The translations under genes and the position numbers were made by a program. 64,000 nt of DNA, taken from positions 7,704 to 71,703 of the IMG/VR virus record IMGVR_UViG_3300027746_000020, one strand, 5' to 3'. The notes under the pieces were generated by a model. That model was not told where the DNA came from. It made no database searches and saw only the letters and a program-made list of their open reading frames with translations. Below are positions 35,024 to 44,576 of this stretch, piece by piece (the first letter of the stretch is position 1; each line of letters starts with the position of its first letter). This stretch comes from a virus.

Positions 35024-36978
35024 TTCTCGTCCTCGGGGGCTGGGCTCATCGTGAATACAGTCTGCTCGGGCAGGAAAGCAGTCAGCCCCTTCCGCGCCGC
35101 CCGGAGCGAAGCGAAGCCGGTGACCAGCGGACCAGGGACGATCACCTCGTCGAGCTTGATCGTGGTGCGGAAGGCGGCGTACCGGCGCGAGCGGCTGGGC
35201 CCGATCAGCACCAGGCGGGAGAGATCGGGGCTGCCATGGGCGTCCACGCGAGACTCATCGCTCACCCTGCGGCCCATGCTCATGCCGTCGATGTGCTTGA
35301 GGACGTTGATGTTGAGGTCGAGGGCCTCGTAGCTGTCGGTCTTGGGTGCGGCCTTGGGTTTGGGCTTCGGCTTGGCGGCGGGCTCCTCCTGTGGTTGAGA
35401 CGCTTGCGACTCAGGTTGAGACCCGCCAGGGGCTTCGCCGGATTGATCCACAGGAGGCAGGATCCCGCCTTGATCCGCAGGAGCTGCGTTCGGATCGGGC
35501 TCGGGGGGAATCGGCTCACCATCCGGCCCCAAGCCTTGCGCCTGGAACGACTGCGCCTGCAGTTGATTCATATTGTTCTCAAACTCCGTGTCCTGCTGCA
35601 TCTCCAACTGTGCTGATACATTTTTATCCAGCACGGTTTCGATGCTGTAATTGGTCGAGCCGAAGCGGTTGTTGCGGATCTCGACGGGCTTAAGTACCCC
35701 GATGGTGACGTAAATCTGGTCGACAGAAGCTTGTGATGCGCGAAGCGCGGTCTTCTCCGTGTCCGTTTCGGTGAACACCGAGGGGAAGTGAACCTCCCAG
35801 GAATCCGGCACCTTGCCCCGCATTGGGCTCTCTTTCGCCAACATCAGCATGGTGAAGAGGTCCGAGACGGGCTCCTGGCAGTAGACGGTTTGCCAATCTT
35901 CGACAAGGGACGCCCAGACACGTTCTTCAAACCGACCTTCTTTCCCGAGGCCACCGGGGCTGGTGCCCATCAGGATCGAGGCGGGCCAGCCCGTCGTGGC
36001 CTGCATGTATTCCGCAAACGGGGCGGTGGCCTGAGCCATGTTGCCGAGGGCTCTTTCGGAAAAGCCGATTTCCTCGTCTTTATCGAGGATCATCCCGCCG
36101 TAGGTGGAGCGGGCCAGGTTGTTGACCTCCATCCGCTTCATGATCGCAGCGGAGTTCCCGGCTTTGACCATGTTCATCAAGCCGGGGATCTTGTGCCAGA
36201 AGACGGAGGCGTCCGTGATGCTTGATTCCAGGCCACGCACTGCGGATTCGTAGGTCTTCCAGGCTTCCCAAACCGCCTGGAGGGGGGCTTGGCCCCAGCC
36301 GCTCTGCTGTTGGCGCTGCCGCCAGGGGAGATAAAGCCCGTCGAACCGGATCACACGGGTGTGGTGGATCGTGATGTTCGTCGTGTTGTTGATCTGTTCA
36401 GGATCGAGCTTCTGATTGGTCGTGATGCGGTACGCATTTGGCTTGGACTGATCCATGACGGACATGTCCATCGGGAAGATTTCGTGCCGGGAGAGGGGGC
36501 AGAGCCCGCGAATGCCACGAATGTGGGCGACGTTGACAGGTTCGGACGGGTCTTCGACACCGTCGTCGATGAGCATGACGATGGCAGCCCCGCCGTAGAG
36601 ACGCTGGAGGCGGATCGCTTCTGCATAGGCGCGGTAGAAGGAGACTTGCTTGAGGTACGCCTCAAAGTCTTTGATCTGATCGACTTCGTCGGAAGACTTA
36701 TCTCCTCCCAATGTGATCGTCGGTCTGTGCTTCAGCACAGCATCCGCGATTGCGTCGACGTAGCGCCGAGGGAGTCCTACTGAGTAGAGGGCTTCAAGCT
36801 CCGGGTGGGAGAGCATGAAGGAGAAGCTGGGGCGGGTGTGTTGGGTCTTATCTCGACCGTAAACACCCATGCCGGTTAAGCCATTGACAAGGGCACCGTC
36901 AATACGCGCAAACTCTTCATCGCTGCGGTATTCAGCCGAGGAGGAGTTATCGGTAGTTTCGGAAGATGCTGTTGTCAC
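35020..36978 (-). CDS. portal protein (DUF1073-like)
   Basis: DG.LVN.LTGMG...DK, RLYGGA.I, IHHTRVIRF.G, P.SIL.G.SPGGL; follows terminase. Confidence 0.9.
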   Translation of the reverse strand: MTTASSETTDNSSSAEYRSDEEFARIDGALVNGLTGMGVYGRDKTQHTRPSFSFMLSHPELEALYSVGLPRRYVDAIADAVLKHRPTITLGGDKSSDEVDQIKDFEAYLKQVSFYRAYAEAIRLQRLYGGAAIVMLIDDGVEDPSEPVNVAHIRGIRGLCPLSRHEIFPMDMSVMDQSKPNAYRITTNQKLDPEQINNTTNITIHHTRVIRFDGLYLPWRQRQQQSGWGQAPLQAVWEAWKTYESAVRGLESSITDASVFWHKIPGLMNMVKAGNSAAIMKRMEVNNLARSTYGGMILDKDEEIGFSERALGNMAQATAPFAEYMQATTGWPASILMGTSPGGLGKEGRFEERVWASLVEDWQTVYCQEPVSDLFTMLMLAKESPMRGKVPDSWEVHFPSVFTETDTEKTALRASQASVDQIYVTIGVLKPVEIRNNRFGSTNYSIETVLDKNVSAQLEMQQDTEFENNMNQLQAQSFQAQGLGPDGEPIPPEPDPNAAPADQGGILPPVDQSGEAPGGSQPESQASQPQEEPAAKPKPKPKAAPKTDSYEALDLNINVLKHIDGMSMGRRVSDESRVDAHGSPDLSRLVLIGPSRSRRYAAFRTTIKLDEVIVPGPLVTGFASLRAARKGLTAFLPEQTVFTMSPAPEDEK

Positions 36979-37025
36979 GCCGGTTCCTGCGTGTGCTCAG
37001 TGTAGCTTCGCTCTCGGGGGAGTTA

Positions 37026-37168
37026 CGACTTTCCAGGGTTCGTCCCGACTTTCCAGGGTTCGTTCCGATAAACCAGGGGTCGATTTCCCGACTTTCCAGG
37101 GTTCGTTCCGATAAACCAGGGTTCGTCCCGACATTCCAGGGTTCGTCCCTACATTCCAGGGTTTTGGG
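37026..37168. repeat. seven tandem ~20-bp repeats, consensus CGAC(T/A)TTCCAGGGTTCGT(C/T)C
   Basis: Copies start at 37026, 37046, 37066 (23 bp), 37089, 37109, 37129, 37149; invariant CCAGGG core. Confidence 0.95.
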
Positions 37169-37187
37169 AGAATCGAGGGTGAAGCTT

Positions 37188-38684
37188 TCAAGCTGCGCGG
37201 AGGAAGCCAATGAGATCGACAGAACCGGGGGCCGCCATGGCTGCCAGTGCCAGGGCTATGACCGTGTCATCGTGGGCGGATCCTCCAGCGTTGCGCTTCC
37301 CCTTGTCGTCGCGGCGGAACGCTCGATGCTCGTCCGCGATGATCCCGTCAGGGAAGATCAGGTCATTGTCCTCCATCATGTACAGAGTTCTGTCTGTGAT
37401 GGCGTTCTTTATTGGGTCGGACATGTAGACAAGTTCGATCTTGGTGCCTGAGGATTGGAGAGCCAGTGCTTCTGCGATGATTACCCCCATTGAGTTCTTT
37501 TCTACAATTACTTCTGATGGGAGGAAGTTGTCGATTAAGTCTTTGACTTTCTGCAGGCTATAAGGCGAGGAGCGATTGTTCTCGCGGTACATGGCCGCTA
37601 CGCGGTTCGGTTTTGAGGTGATGTCTAGGACTACTGCGGTGAAGTAGTCGTCGCCGCCGCCGTTGGGGTCGACGCCCATGGAGTAGACGCGGTTGGCCAT
37701 CCCACATTCTGAGAAGGCGCCTTTGGCGCAGGTTTTGACCAGGCTGCTGGGGTATATCGCCGATGCTGTCGAGCCAAACTTCAGCTCAAACTCAGCATCC
37801 CACTGGTTCTTAGTGAGCTTCTCTTGCTTGCGGTAGTTCTCCGCCCAATCCGGGTCTGCCCCGTATTGAGGGTGCATGGAGTAATGGAGTGCGACTCGCG
37901 CCCAGCCGTCCTCTCTGCCGACTTCGTCGAGCATGGCCTGGAGACCGACGAAGTCGCGCCTTTCGACGTAGTCGTACCAGTCAGAAGGGAGACCAGTTGT
38001 CCATTTTTCCCCGAACCAGTTCGACTCCATGTCTGGAGTGGAGACGACGATCACCTTCCCGGCCCTGCCGAGCTTCATGAGAGAGGGGTTTGCGCCCTGG
38101 TAGATGTCGGCTACCCCCTCGATGAAGGCCGCTTCGTCGAGGAAGAGGACGGAACAGGCGGGGATACCACGACCACCCCGGCCTGTTGCGGGGAGGAAGT
38201 GGAGAGTTCCTCGGCCCCGCCAGGAGAGGCGTGTGTCGCTGTTGGAAAGCCAGGTGAGGGATTCGTTTTTGAGAGATTCGACCATGAAGCGGACACGCTT
38301 CGCCAGTTCCTGGGAATCTTTCTGGGTTTTTGAGATGATTACGGCTGTGAAGCCGGGTTCGGTTAATGCCCTATTGGCTAGATAGTTACAGATGACCTCG
38401 GATATACCAATCTGCCGGGATTTGAGGACTTGGATCCGCCGTGCTCGGTGAAGGATCTTGACGAAGTCCTTCTGGAATTGATATGGGTTGAACGGCTGAA
38501 CAGCCGCACCCTCATCGTCACCAGTTTGGATCCATGTGAGCGGCGCGAAGTCCTGCCAATTTTCGACTGAGGGGAGCGATGTCACCAGCTTTGCGCTGGC
38601 GTGAAGCATCGCTGCAGCTTCCCTCAGCTCGGTTTCTTTTTCAAGCCGTGCCAGTCGAGTACGAAGTGAAGAGCCGTATTTCAC
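37188..38684 (-). CDS. terL: terminase large subunit
   Basis: LKSRQIGIS Walker A, LFLDEAAF Walker B, VSTP, MGVDP and HDDTVIALAL nuclease motifs. Confidence 0.95.
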   Translation of the reverse strand: MKYGSSLRTRLARLEKETELREAAAMLHASAKLVTSLPSVENWQDFAPLTWIQTGDDEGAAVQPFNPYQFQKDFVKILHRARRIQVLKSRQIGISEVICNYLANRALTEPGFTAVIISKTQKDSQELAKRVRFMVESLKNESLTWLSNSDTRLSWRGRGTLHFLPATGRGGRGIPACSVLFLDEAAFIEGVADIYQGANPSLMKLGRAGKVIVVSTPDMESNWFGEKWTTGLPSDWYDYVERRDFVGLQAMLDEVGREDGWARVALHYSMHPQYGADPDWAENYRKQEKLTKNQWDAEFELKFGSTASAIYPSSLVKTCAKGAFSECGMANRVYSMGVDPNGGGDDYFTAVVLDITSKPNRVAAMYRENNRSSPYSLQKVKDLIDNFLPSEVIVEKNSMGVIIAEALALQSSGTKIELVYMSDPIKNAITDRTLYMMEDNDLIFPDGIIADEHRAFRRDDKGKRNAGGSAHDDTVIALALAAMAAPGSVDLIGFLRAA

Positions 38685-39163
38685 TAGATGTCAACTACTC
38701 TATACGTCGCCTCATCTTCCGCAGCTTCTAGTTGATGAAAGTCCGCAGCAGCAGCGTTTGTTGTGGCCCCTGAAAGGAGCATTAGCCTCCGCTCCAAGCG
38801 GGCGATAGTGACTTCCATCTCCCTCTGCTCTTGGTAGGCATTGGCAGAGTCCATGATCACCTTCGCGGCCCGAATCCGATCAGCGTCTTCGGATGTCGAG
38901 CTGTTCATAATGCCTTGGAGGACTTGAAGGCACTCAGGGACAAGACCTACACCTTGAGTGCCTGTCATGTCCGTCCGCTCTTGGAGCTTTCGGTTGACGA
39001 CGGACATGAACTGGGGAGTGTGTCTCCAGCTCCATAGGGTTTTGTTGGTCACTCCCGCCGCCTTGGCAGCGTCTGTCATCGTCTTCCCTGCGACGATGGC
39101 ATCAGCCGCTATGACCTGTTTGACGGTTAGGCCGTCTGCGTTGACTGGATTCTGGGCGACCAC
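38684..39163 (-). CDS. terS: terminase small subunit (HTH)
   Basis: LTVKQ...A.AAGV...TLWSW...P.F HTH directly upstream of terL. Confidence 0.75.
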   Translation of the reverse strand: MVAQNPVNADGLTVKQVIAADAIVAGKTMTDAAKAAGVTNKTLWSWRHTPQFMSVVNRKLQERTDMTGTQGVGLVPECLQVLQGIMNSSTSEDADRIRAAKVIMDSANAYQEQREMEVTIARLERRLMLLSGATTNAAAADFHQLEAAEDEATYRVVDI

Positions 39164-39356
39164 TTCTGGAAAGGTTGGGGCGCGTTGTGACTGGGATAAG
39201 TCTACCTGAGATTACCTGTTTCTGAACAGGACAGGGGCAGCCGCGATAGTCGGTCCAGCTCAGAGGTGAACTTCCAGAGGGAGCGATGGTCGTATGTCTT
39301 GAGGTCATTGGCGGCCAGCCTGTGCCCTGCGGTCACCACAACCTGCAAAATGGCCG

Positions 39357-39779
39357 CTACTCCTGCGTGGGTTCCGGTTGCGAAGTGTCTGCAGATGGCA
39401 GGATTTTGGGATGCGGATGCGGATGCGGATAGTTGGGCGAGTTCATCCAAGGAGCATATTCCAGCAACATCACATCTGTTGTGTTCGGCCTGATGCGATC
39501 CGTCATTATTTTGATAAGCGCCTCCAGGAGTTCGATCACGCATAGTTCTGGGTCGGGGTAGGATTTTTCGACGTAGTTCATGTCGATACGAACCGTCATC
39601 CCAGTGGGTTTGTATATGGGATGGTTGTGACTTACTTCAAACCGTAGGAGGTAGTTGTATGTGTCAGGGCGGGAGAAGGTCAGATGGACTAGGGGGAAGT
39701 TCTGCTTGACCTCATAGGACACCCGGAAAGGAAGGAAGTGGGGAAGGTCAGTCATGCTCCAGTTTGGCGCGGGGGTCAT
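39357..39779 (-). CDS. hypothetical protein
   Basis: ORF in operonic chain. Confidence 0.55.
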   Translation of the reverse strand: MTPAPNWSMTDLPHFLPFRVSYEVKQNFPLVHLTFSRPDTYNYLLRFEVSHNHPIYKPTGMTVRIDMNYVEKSYPDPELCVIELLEALIKIMTDRIRPNTTDVMLLEYAPWMNSPNYPHPHPHPKILPSADTSQPEPTQE

Positions 39780-40285
39780 GGGGCGGTCTCATCCTGGGTC
39801 TCATGAGTCTCACCCGTAGAGGAGAAGATCCGGCGGGCCGCCTTGATGACGATGGCCATGTCGACCTCGGGGTAGGCCCAGCGATTGCAGTCCGCCAGCA
39901 GGTCTTCCATACCTCCCAGCCCACTTCGGGGATGGATGGGCAGGATCATGAGCAGTTCATCGCCTGTCTTGATCTTGCCTTGGATGTACTCACGGAGTCG
40001 GATGATCAATGTCCGCATCGTCCCACCGTTGCTAAATCCTCTCCAACTCCCATTGTAGTGTGTGTAAATGTAGCGCTTGCTGTAGCTGTCGTAGAAGCTG
40101 ATACGGCTTTGCCCATCGAAGAGCAGATAGCTGATGGAGCCTTCATGATTGAAGAACTTCCGCCCGTGCGTGGCGATGATGTTGATAAACTCATTGGCTT
40201 TCGCCAGTCGTTCGGCTTTGTCGGGCAGTGCCCGCAGGCGCGGGGTGGGCGATGCCCGGTAATAGCCTTGAGATGGGCTACACAT
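39776..40285 (-). CDS. hypothetical phage protein
   Basis: IATHGRKFF ... WRGFSNGGTMRTL, conserved-looking motif; overlapping neighbours. Confidence 0.7.
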   Translation of the reverse strand: MCSPSQGYYRASPTPRLRALPDKAERLAKANEFINIIATHGRKFFNHEGSISYLLFDGQSRISFYDSYSKRYIYTHYNGSWRGFSNGGTMRTLIIRLREYIQGKIKTGDELLMILPIHPRSGLGGMEDLLADCNRWAYPEVDMAIVIKAARRIFSSTGETHETQDETAP

Positions 40286-40526
40286 TGGTTTTACCCTTTG
40301 GGCTCGGGGTGGGGGTGTAATAAACGCAGTGGTCTTTAAGCTCTTCCCGGCGGTTTATGTATCCGCCATCCGGCCTCGGGGGATCTCTCATCCCCAACCA
40401 GTAAAACGACTGGGGCAGCTCTGGGATCTTGATCACCTTCTTGCATCTACCGTCGCCACTTGGGTGAAGGCGGCCAGAGGCGGTTCTTTTCCAATCAGCA
40501 AAGATGCAGTCATTACAGGACTTCAT
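40278..40526 (-). CDS. small Cys-containing hypothetical protein
   Basis: CNDC..A.WKRT..GRLHPSGDG.C. Confidence 0.65.
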   Translation of the reverse strand: MKSCNDCIFADWKRTASGRLHPSGDGRCKKVIKIPELPQSFYWLGMRDPPRPDGGYINRREELKDHCVYYTPTPSPKGKTNV

Positions 40527-40846
40527 GAGAATTTCCCTCCAGTGGGTTTTGTGCTGCGTCGTTGTTCAAACAAATCACAATCAGCCGCGAAGGTTTTCCC
40601 CTCGTAGACAGGATCTGGCATGCCTTGCGAACAGGGATCCGATCCGCCCCGCCAGAACCGGCATGCCGTGCAGAACTTGGCTGGGGTTCGTCGGGGCAGC
40701 TCGGGGGCGACAGCTCGGTGGGTGCGGCCCAATCGGATCTGGGAAACGGCCTGCTTGGAAATACCGAAGCGTCGGGCCATACTCTTCAATGATTCGCCAC
40801 TAATAAGGATTAGGTGGACGTCAGCGTCGCTCAATCTCATTGTCAA
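40523..40846 (-). CDS. HTH protein with C-terminal Cys cluster
   Basis: LKSMARRFGISKQAVSQIRLG HTH; CTAC...C...C. Confidence 0.7.
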   Translation of the reverse strand: MTMRLSDADVHLILISGESLKSMARRFGISKQAVSQIRLGRTHRAVAPELPRRTPAKFCTACRFWRGGSDPCSQGMPDPVYEGKTFAADCDLFEQRRSTKPTGGKFS

Positions 40847-41523
40847 ACCTTTGCAAGGGTCACGCCATTGGCCTGCCCCTGGTACTTGCCGTCGCCGTAG
40901 GGCGTGTCACATGGCAAGCCTTCGTAGAACAGAGCCTGGCAGATCCCCTCGTTGGTGTAGATGCGGCAATCGGCGCCGCTGCTGTTGGAGATCTCCAGGG
41001 TCAGGTGGCCCTCCCAACCGGCTTCGCCTGGGGTGAGGTTCACGATGATGCCGCAGCGGGCGTAGGTGCTCTTGCCGATGAACTGAGCGGTGACATTGGG
41101 TGGGAGCTTTAGATACGGGATTACCACTCCAAGGCCATAGGTGTGGCCAGGGAGGACAAAGTAGGAGCCAGCTCGATCGTCATGGTGACGATCTGCGTGA
41201 GCCAGGCAGCGATCATCAAAATTCTTGGGGTCTACAATCAGGCCAGGGACGTGGCGAAAGATGCGGAAGTCCTTGGGTGAAAGGGTTAGGTCGTAGCCGT
41301 AGGAGCTGGTGCCGTAACTAATCACTGGGCGCTGGAAGTGTCCATAAGGAGCAGATCCGGGAAGAGGGATTTCAATTTCCCGGATCTTCCCAGGCTCAAA
41401 CGGGCTGATCATGCCCTCGGCGGCGAGCTGGCGGATGCGCCAGTCGGGAATAGGGCCGGCTGCACGGGGGATCTTAATGGGCGCCTCGCAAGGGATGAAG
41501 TTGAAGTCTGGTGTTGAGTTCAC
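40843..41523 (-). CDS. dcd: dCTP deaminase
   Basis: ISYGTSSYGYD, GKSTYARCG, PGEAGWEG.LTLEISN, NEGICQ, GKYQGQ.GVT. Confidence 0.95.
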   Translation of the reverse strand: MNSTPDFNFIPCEAPIKIPRAAGPIPDWRIRQLAAEGMISPFEPGKIREIEIPLPGSAPYGHFQRPVISYGTSSYGYDLTLSPKDFRIFRHVPGLIVDPKNFDDRCLAHADRHHDDRAGSYFVLPGHTYGLGVVIPYLKLPPNVTAQFIGKSTYARCGIIVNLTPGEAGWEGHLTLEISNSSGADCRIYTNEGICQALFYEGLPCDTPYGDGKYQGQANGVTLAKV

Positions 41524-41592
41524 GGGAGGGGTTCGTAAATGGTGCGGACTCGGTGCTTCGTGGTTGCCGGGGAGGATCAGGGCATCGGGGGG

Positions 41593-41850
41593 TCAGGCAT
41601 CGGGGGTCTCTGGATCGTGTGCATCTGCCCAGGCGAGTGCATCCGCCTGAGTAGCAAATGGGCCAGCGTGCCCCCTACCCCCCAGCGCCATGCCGTTGCT
41701 GCCAGGCCAAGGGACAATCCCCTGATTGGCATACGCAACGCCAGCAGACATCCCCTCCGCTGGATCCCAGGATCTGACCACTGCAAACCAGCCGTCTACT
41801 GCTGGCATTGGGTCCCAGCACCAGTCGGTGATAGCGGTGGGGTTGGTCAT
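41593..41850 (-). CDS. hypothetical protein
   Basis: ATGA overlap; GPF.T..DAL.WA motif. Confidence 0.6.
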   Translation of the reverse strand: MTNPTAITDWCWDPMPAVDGWFAVVRSWDPAEGMSAGVAYANQGIVPWPGSNGMALGGRGHAGPFATQADALAWADAHDPETPDA

Positions 41851-42302
41851 AGTGGTGTAATCAATTTGCTTACGGCCCAGTTGCGGACAGATTGCCAGCG
41901 GCGGCGGCGTGACTGCTCGTCGTTGCGCTTGTCACGGAACTCGTTCGCAGCAATAACTGCATGGGCCAGGGTTTCGCTGATGTTGAACGGCTCGGCCAGA
42001 TCGCGCCAGTCCACATCTGGATCGGTCAGGTCGTGCGACAGCGGCACAGCCTGTGGACCTCGCTGCAGTCTTACAGCGCCGAGAGCGCAAACGCAGCCGG
42101 TCTCGGGATCCTCCAATGCTCCGGCTGTCAGCTCTGACGTTGGCAAAGCGTCCAACGCATCCATCAACTGCTGCGTTATTTCAGTTGGCTTCATCTGTTG
42201 GGCTTGAGGATTTTGCTCAGTGTAAATTTGAATGGCTGCGTGTAGAGAGAGAGAAGCGCCTTGCGGTAATCGTTGTTCATACCCATTTCGGTGTGTGGTC
42301 AT
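41847..42302 (-). CDS. hypothetical phage protein (start may be downstream)
   Basis: L.DALDALP...L ... G.VCALGA ... RW..VR.W. Confidence 0.6.
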   Translation of the reverse strand: MTTHRNGYEQRLPQGASLSLHAAIQIYTEQNPQAQQMKPTEITQQLMDALDALPTSELTAGALEDPETGCVCALGAVRLQRGPQAVPLSHDLTDPDVDWRDLAEPFNISETLAHAVIAANEFRDKRNDEQSRRRRWQSVRNWAVSKLITPL

Positions 42303-42732
42303 CGATAATTCCCAGAACCTCGTTCACTTCTAGGCCGTCCGAGAGGTTAAGAATTAAGTCCCTTATTTGTGTGAAGGCTTCTTGTGCTTCAACTTCTCTA
42401 GGACTTAGCTCTTCTGGCACTGAAGGCGCCAAGGCGGGGTGCCCCCAGCGGGTGAGGACGGCGCGAGCGTACGCAAACACCTGCTGTTCCGTCATTTCGT
42501 ACTGAACTGGATCACCGGCTGTTGCCTGGAACCGATACAGCCGAGTGTCGATAGCCAGTTGCAGCAACTCCTCATTGCTCGGTTCTTTTCCCTCCGACTC
42601 AGCCAACTCGGCGCGGGCGCGAGCGACGAGGGACTCCATTTGGCGCCTGGTATCGCTGCTGACAGTGAAATCCAGGGCATCGTCAAGCTGCTGCGCAAGC
42701 TCAGCGCACAGGGTGCGGAAAATGGCGGTCAT
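42277..42732 (-). CDS. hypothetical protein
   Basis: FRTLCAEL...ARARAELA...PS.EEL...YARAVL.RWG modules. Confidence 0.65.
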   Translation of the reverse strand: MTAIFRTLCAELAQQLDDALDFTVSSDTRRQMESLVARARAELAESEGKEPSNEELLQLAIDTRLYRFQATAGDPVQYEMTEQQVFAYARAVLTRWGHPALAPSVPEELSPREVEAQEAFTQIRDLILNLSDGLEVNEVLGIIDDHTPKWV

Positions 42733-42923
42733 GGTGTTTCTGTGTAAAGTCCGAGGGAAATTGCTTCACCTGCTGTTAGTGGGTTGCAACAGGCGGGACA
42801 TGGAGCGTTGACGTGACAGCTACATCCGCCTCTTAGGTCGACCAACTCTGCGTATAAACCATCATCATTTGCCACTTTTTCTTCAAGTTCTTCAAGTTCG
42901 GCGTCGTCAATCTGCAGGCTCAT
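42729..42923 (-). CDS. small Cys-rich protein
   Basis: GCSCHVNAPCPAC motif; start MSLQID. Confidence 0.6.
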   Translation of the reverse strand: MSLQIDDAELEELEEKVANDDGLYAELVDLRGGCSCHVNAPCPACCNPLTAGEAISLGLYTETP

Positions 42924-42969
42924 GGCATTTTTGTAAAAATAGTCAATGGTTAAAAACGGATTGCGGCTG

Positions 42970-43311
42970 CTACCCTCCCCACCAACCCACCGGGGATGCG
43001 GGCGGCAAGGCGGGAGGTGTGGACTGGGCGGCGCCATGCTGGCGGCCCAGGTCGTAGACGGCGCGGCCAAACTCCACAAAATCGCTGTCGAATGTGGGCC
43101 CGTGACTTGACCACGAACGCATGGCCAGCAGCTCCTCATCCGTGGCCACCGGAGCGGCCTCGGGCGAGGGGGTGGGCTCGGGGATCGGTCGCTGCTCAAG
43201 CGTCCCCACTCGCTCCAGCAGGAACAACAGCACCTGGGAGTAGGTGTCACCGACAGCAGCGGACTGTCGTAGCCAGGCCACGGTTTCATTGGAAATTTTC
43301 GCTTCAGTCAT
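42970..43311 (-). CDS. hypothetical protein
   Basis: ATGA overlap with thyX stop. Confidence 0.6.
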   Translation of the reverse strand: MTEAKISNETVAWLRQSAAVGDTYSQVLLFLLERVGTLEQRPIPEPTPSPEAAPVATDEELLAMRSWSSHGPTFDSDFVEFGRAVYDLGRQHGAAQSTPPALPPASPVGWWGG

Positions 43312-44123
43312 GGTGAGAGCCTCGCTTTGCCCCAGCGGTTAGCTTTGTACCAACCGGCTATTTCAGGAGTCCACTTCTGGAACTCGATCATCAGCAGCTC
43401 GCAGAGCGCTTGGATTTCAATCTGAGCGTCGAGCTTCGCTCGGAGATCGAGGAAGTGCATCAGGGAGCGGAGGTTGAAGGAGACGACAAAGTTCTGTCGA
43501 AAGTCGAAAGGCATGTAGCCTCGGGCGTGTTCTTCGGCAAAGCCTGCGTGTAGTTTGTTCGCGTAGCGTTCCGCGAGAAAGACGCATAACTTCTGGTCAG
43601 AATTGAGCCCATCTTCGGAGTAGATGTATTCATCTCCACCACGGTCTTTGTACCGACCTACGGGGCGGAAATAAACCAGATCAGAGATGTGGAATTGATC
43701 AGGATCGTAGCTCTCATCATTAGAAACGACCCGTTTGAATCTTTCCCCGGTGTATCGGGAAGATTGGACATCGAAGGAGACCGCTACGCGATGCGTCCGG
43801 GCCTGCTGCATCACGGAGTGGGGGAAGCCCGCTGTCGCGATCGTGATCTGAGGGTGCTCAAGAGGCCCGAAGTGGCCCCGACCTCCGGCCAAGAGGTGTT
43901 TGAGGAGGGCCTGGCCTGCTTCGTCCTCGGGGGGAGGTGTGTCGTCGATGACGGAGCCTTCGGAGTAGTCCTGGTGCATAGCCAACCAGGCGGTTTGGTT
44001 GGGCTGAGGGGTGGCTGCTACGGTCTTGGTTCGTAACCGAGGATCAGCACGGAGAAGGTAATCAGGGGTTACGAGAGTGTACTCAGTTTGAGTGGGAGTG
44101 GGTTGCTCGGTTTGATTACTCAT
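43308..44123 (-). CDS. thyX: FAD-dependent thymidylate synthase
   Basis: GHFGPLEH, QARTHRVAVSFDVQSSRY, E.ARG..P, NLRSLMHFLDLR...AQ.EI. Confidence 0.95.
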   Translation of the reverse strand: MSNQTEQPTPTQTEYTLVTPDYLLRADPRLRTKTVAATPQPNQTAWLAMHQDYSEGSVIDDTPPPEDEAGQALLKHLLAGGRGHFGPLEHPQITIATAGFPHSVMQQARTHRVAVSFDVQSSRYTGERFKRVVSNDESYDPDQFHISDLVYFRPVGRYKDRGGDEYIYSEDGLNSDQKLCVFLAERYANKLHAGFAEEHARGYMPFDFRQNFVVSFNLRSLMHFLDLRAKLDAQIEIQALCELLMIEFQKWTPEIAGWYKANRWGKARLSP

Positions 44124-44476
44124 TGGGAAAAGGCGATGGGGTTGAGAAGTTTCTTAGCTGCGCGTAGTCTCCGCATCAGCAATTTCTGAGCCTTCTTAGG
44201 CATCGTGGTCACATGCCATAAGCCGCAAAAACTGCATGCGTAGGGTGTGCCTGTGAAACCAGTTTGACGTAGGTAGGTCGTAACTTCACTACGGGTGGTG
44301 TAGGCGGCTTTGGTCGCGCATGCGCCGCTGACACGGCTGATTAGGTACTCCGCGTCTGAGATGTCGGAGGTGGTGATGTCTGGGGACGGAGAGATAGAAA
44401 TTTGATGTGGCTCAGAGAAGGGTTGAGGTTTGAATTCGGTGCGGCGGGGACGCGAGAGGTGGCTGAACTTCGCCAT
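44120..44476 (-). CDS. small Zn-finger protein
   Basis: C..K.AY ... Y.CSFCGLWHVT. Confidence 0.6.
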   Translation of the reverse strand: MAKFSHLSRPRRTEFKPQPFSEPHQISISPSPDITTSDISDAEYLISRVSGACATKAAYTTRSEVTTYLRQTGFTGTPYACSFCGLWHVTTMPKKAQKLLMRRLRAAKKLLNPIAFSQ

Positions 44477-44576
44477 CGGCGGGAGAGGAGTGAGATCAGG
44501 CGGACTTGATGAGGATAGGGCAGGAAGGCCAACCCTTTCGTGAAACGGTTGGCGATGACGACGGAGAAGGGGATCA

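Noticed and set aside
35020-36978. Anti-CBASS Acb1 function sometimes attached to DUF1073 annotations
   Set aside because: Synteny and motifs indicate portal; no paired HxT/S 2H-phosphoesterase domain recognised
37026-37168. CRISPR array, or the overlapping small ORFs, at the 20-bp repeat
   Set aside because: Repeats are contiguous with no unique spacers and no cas operon; the ORFs are repeat translations
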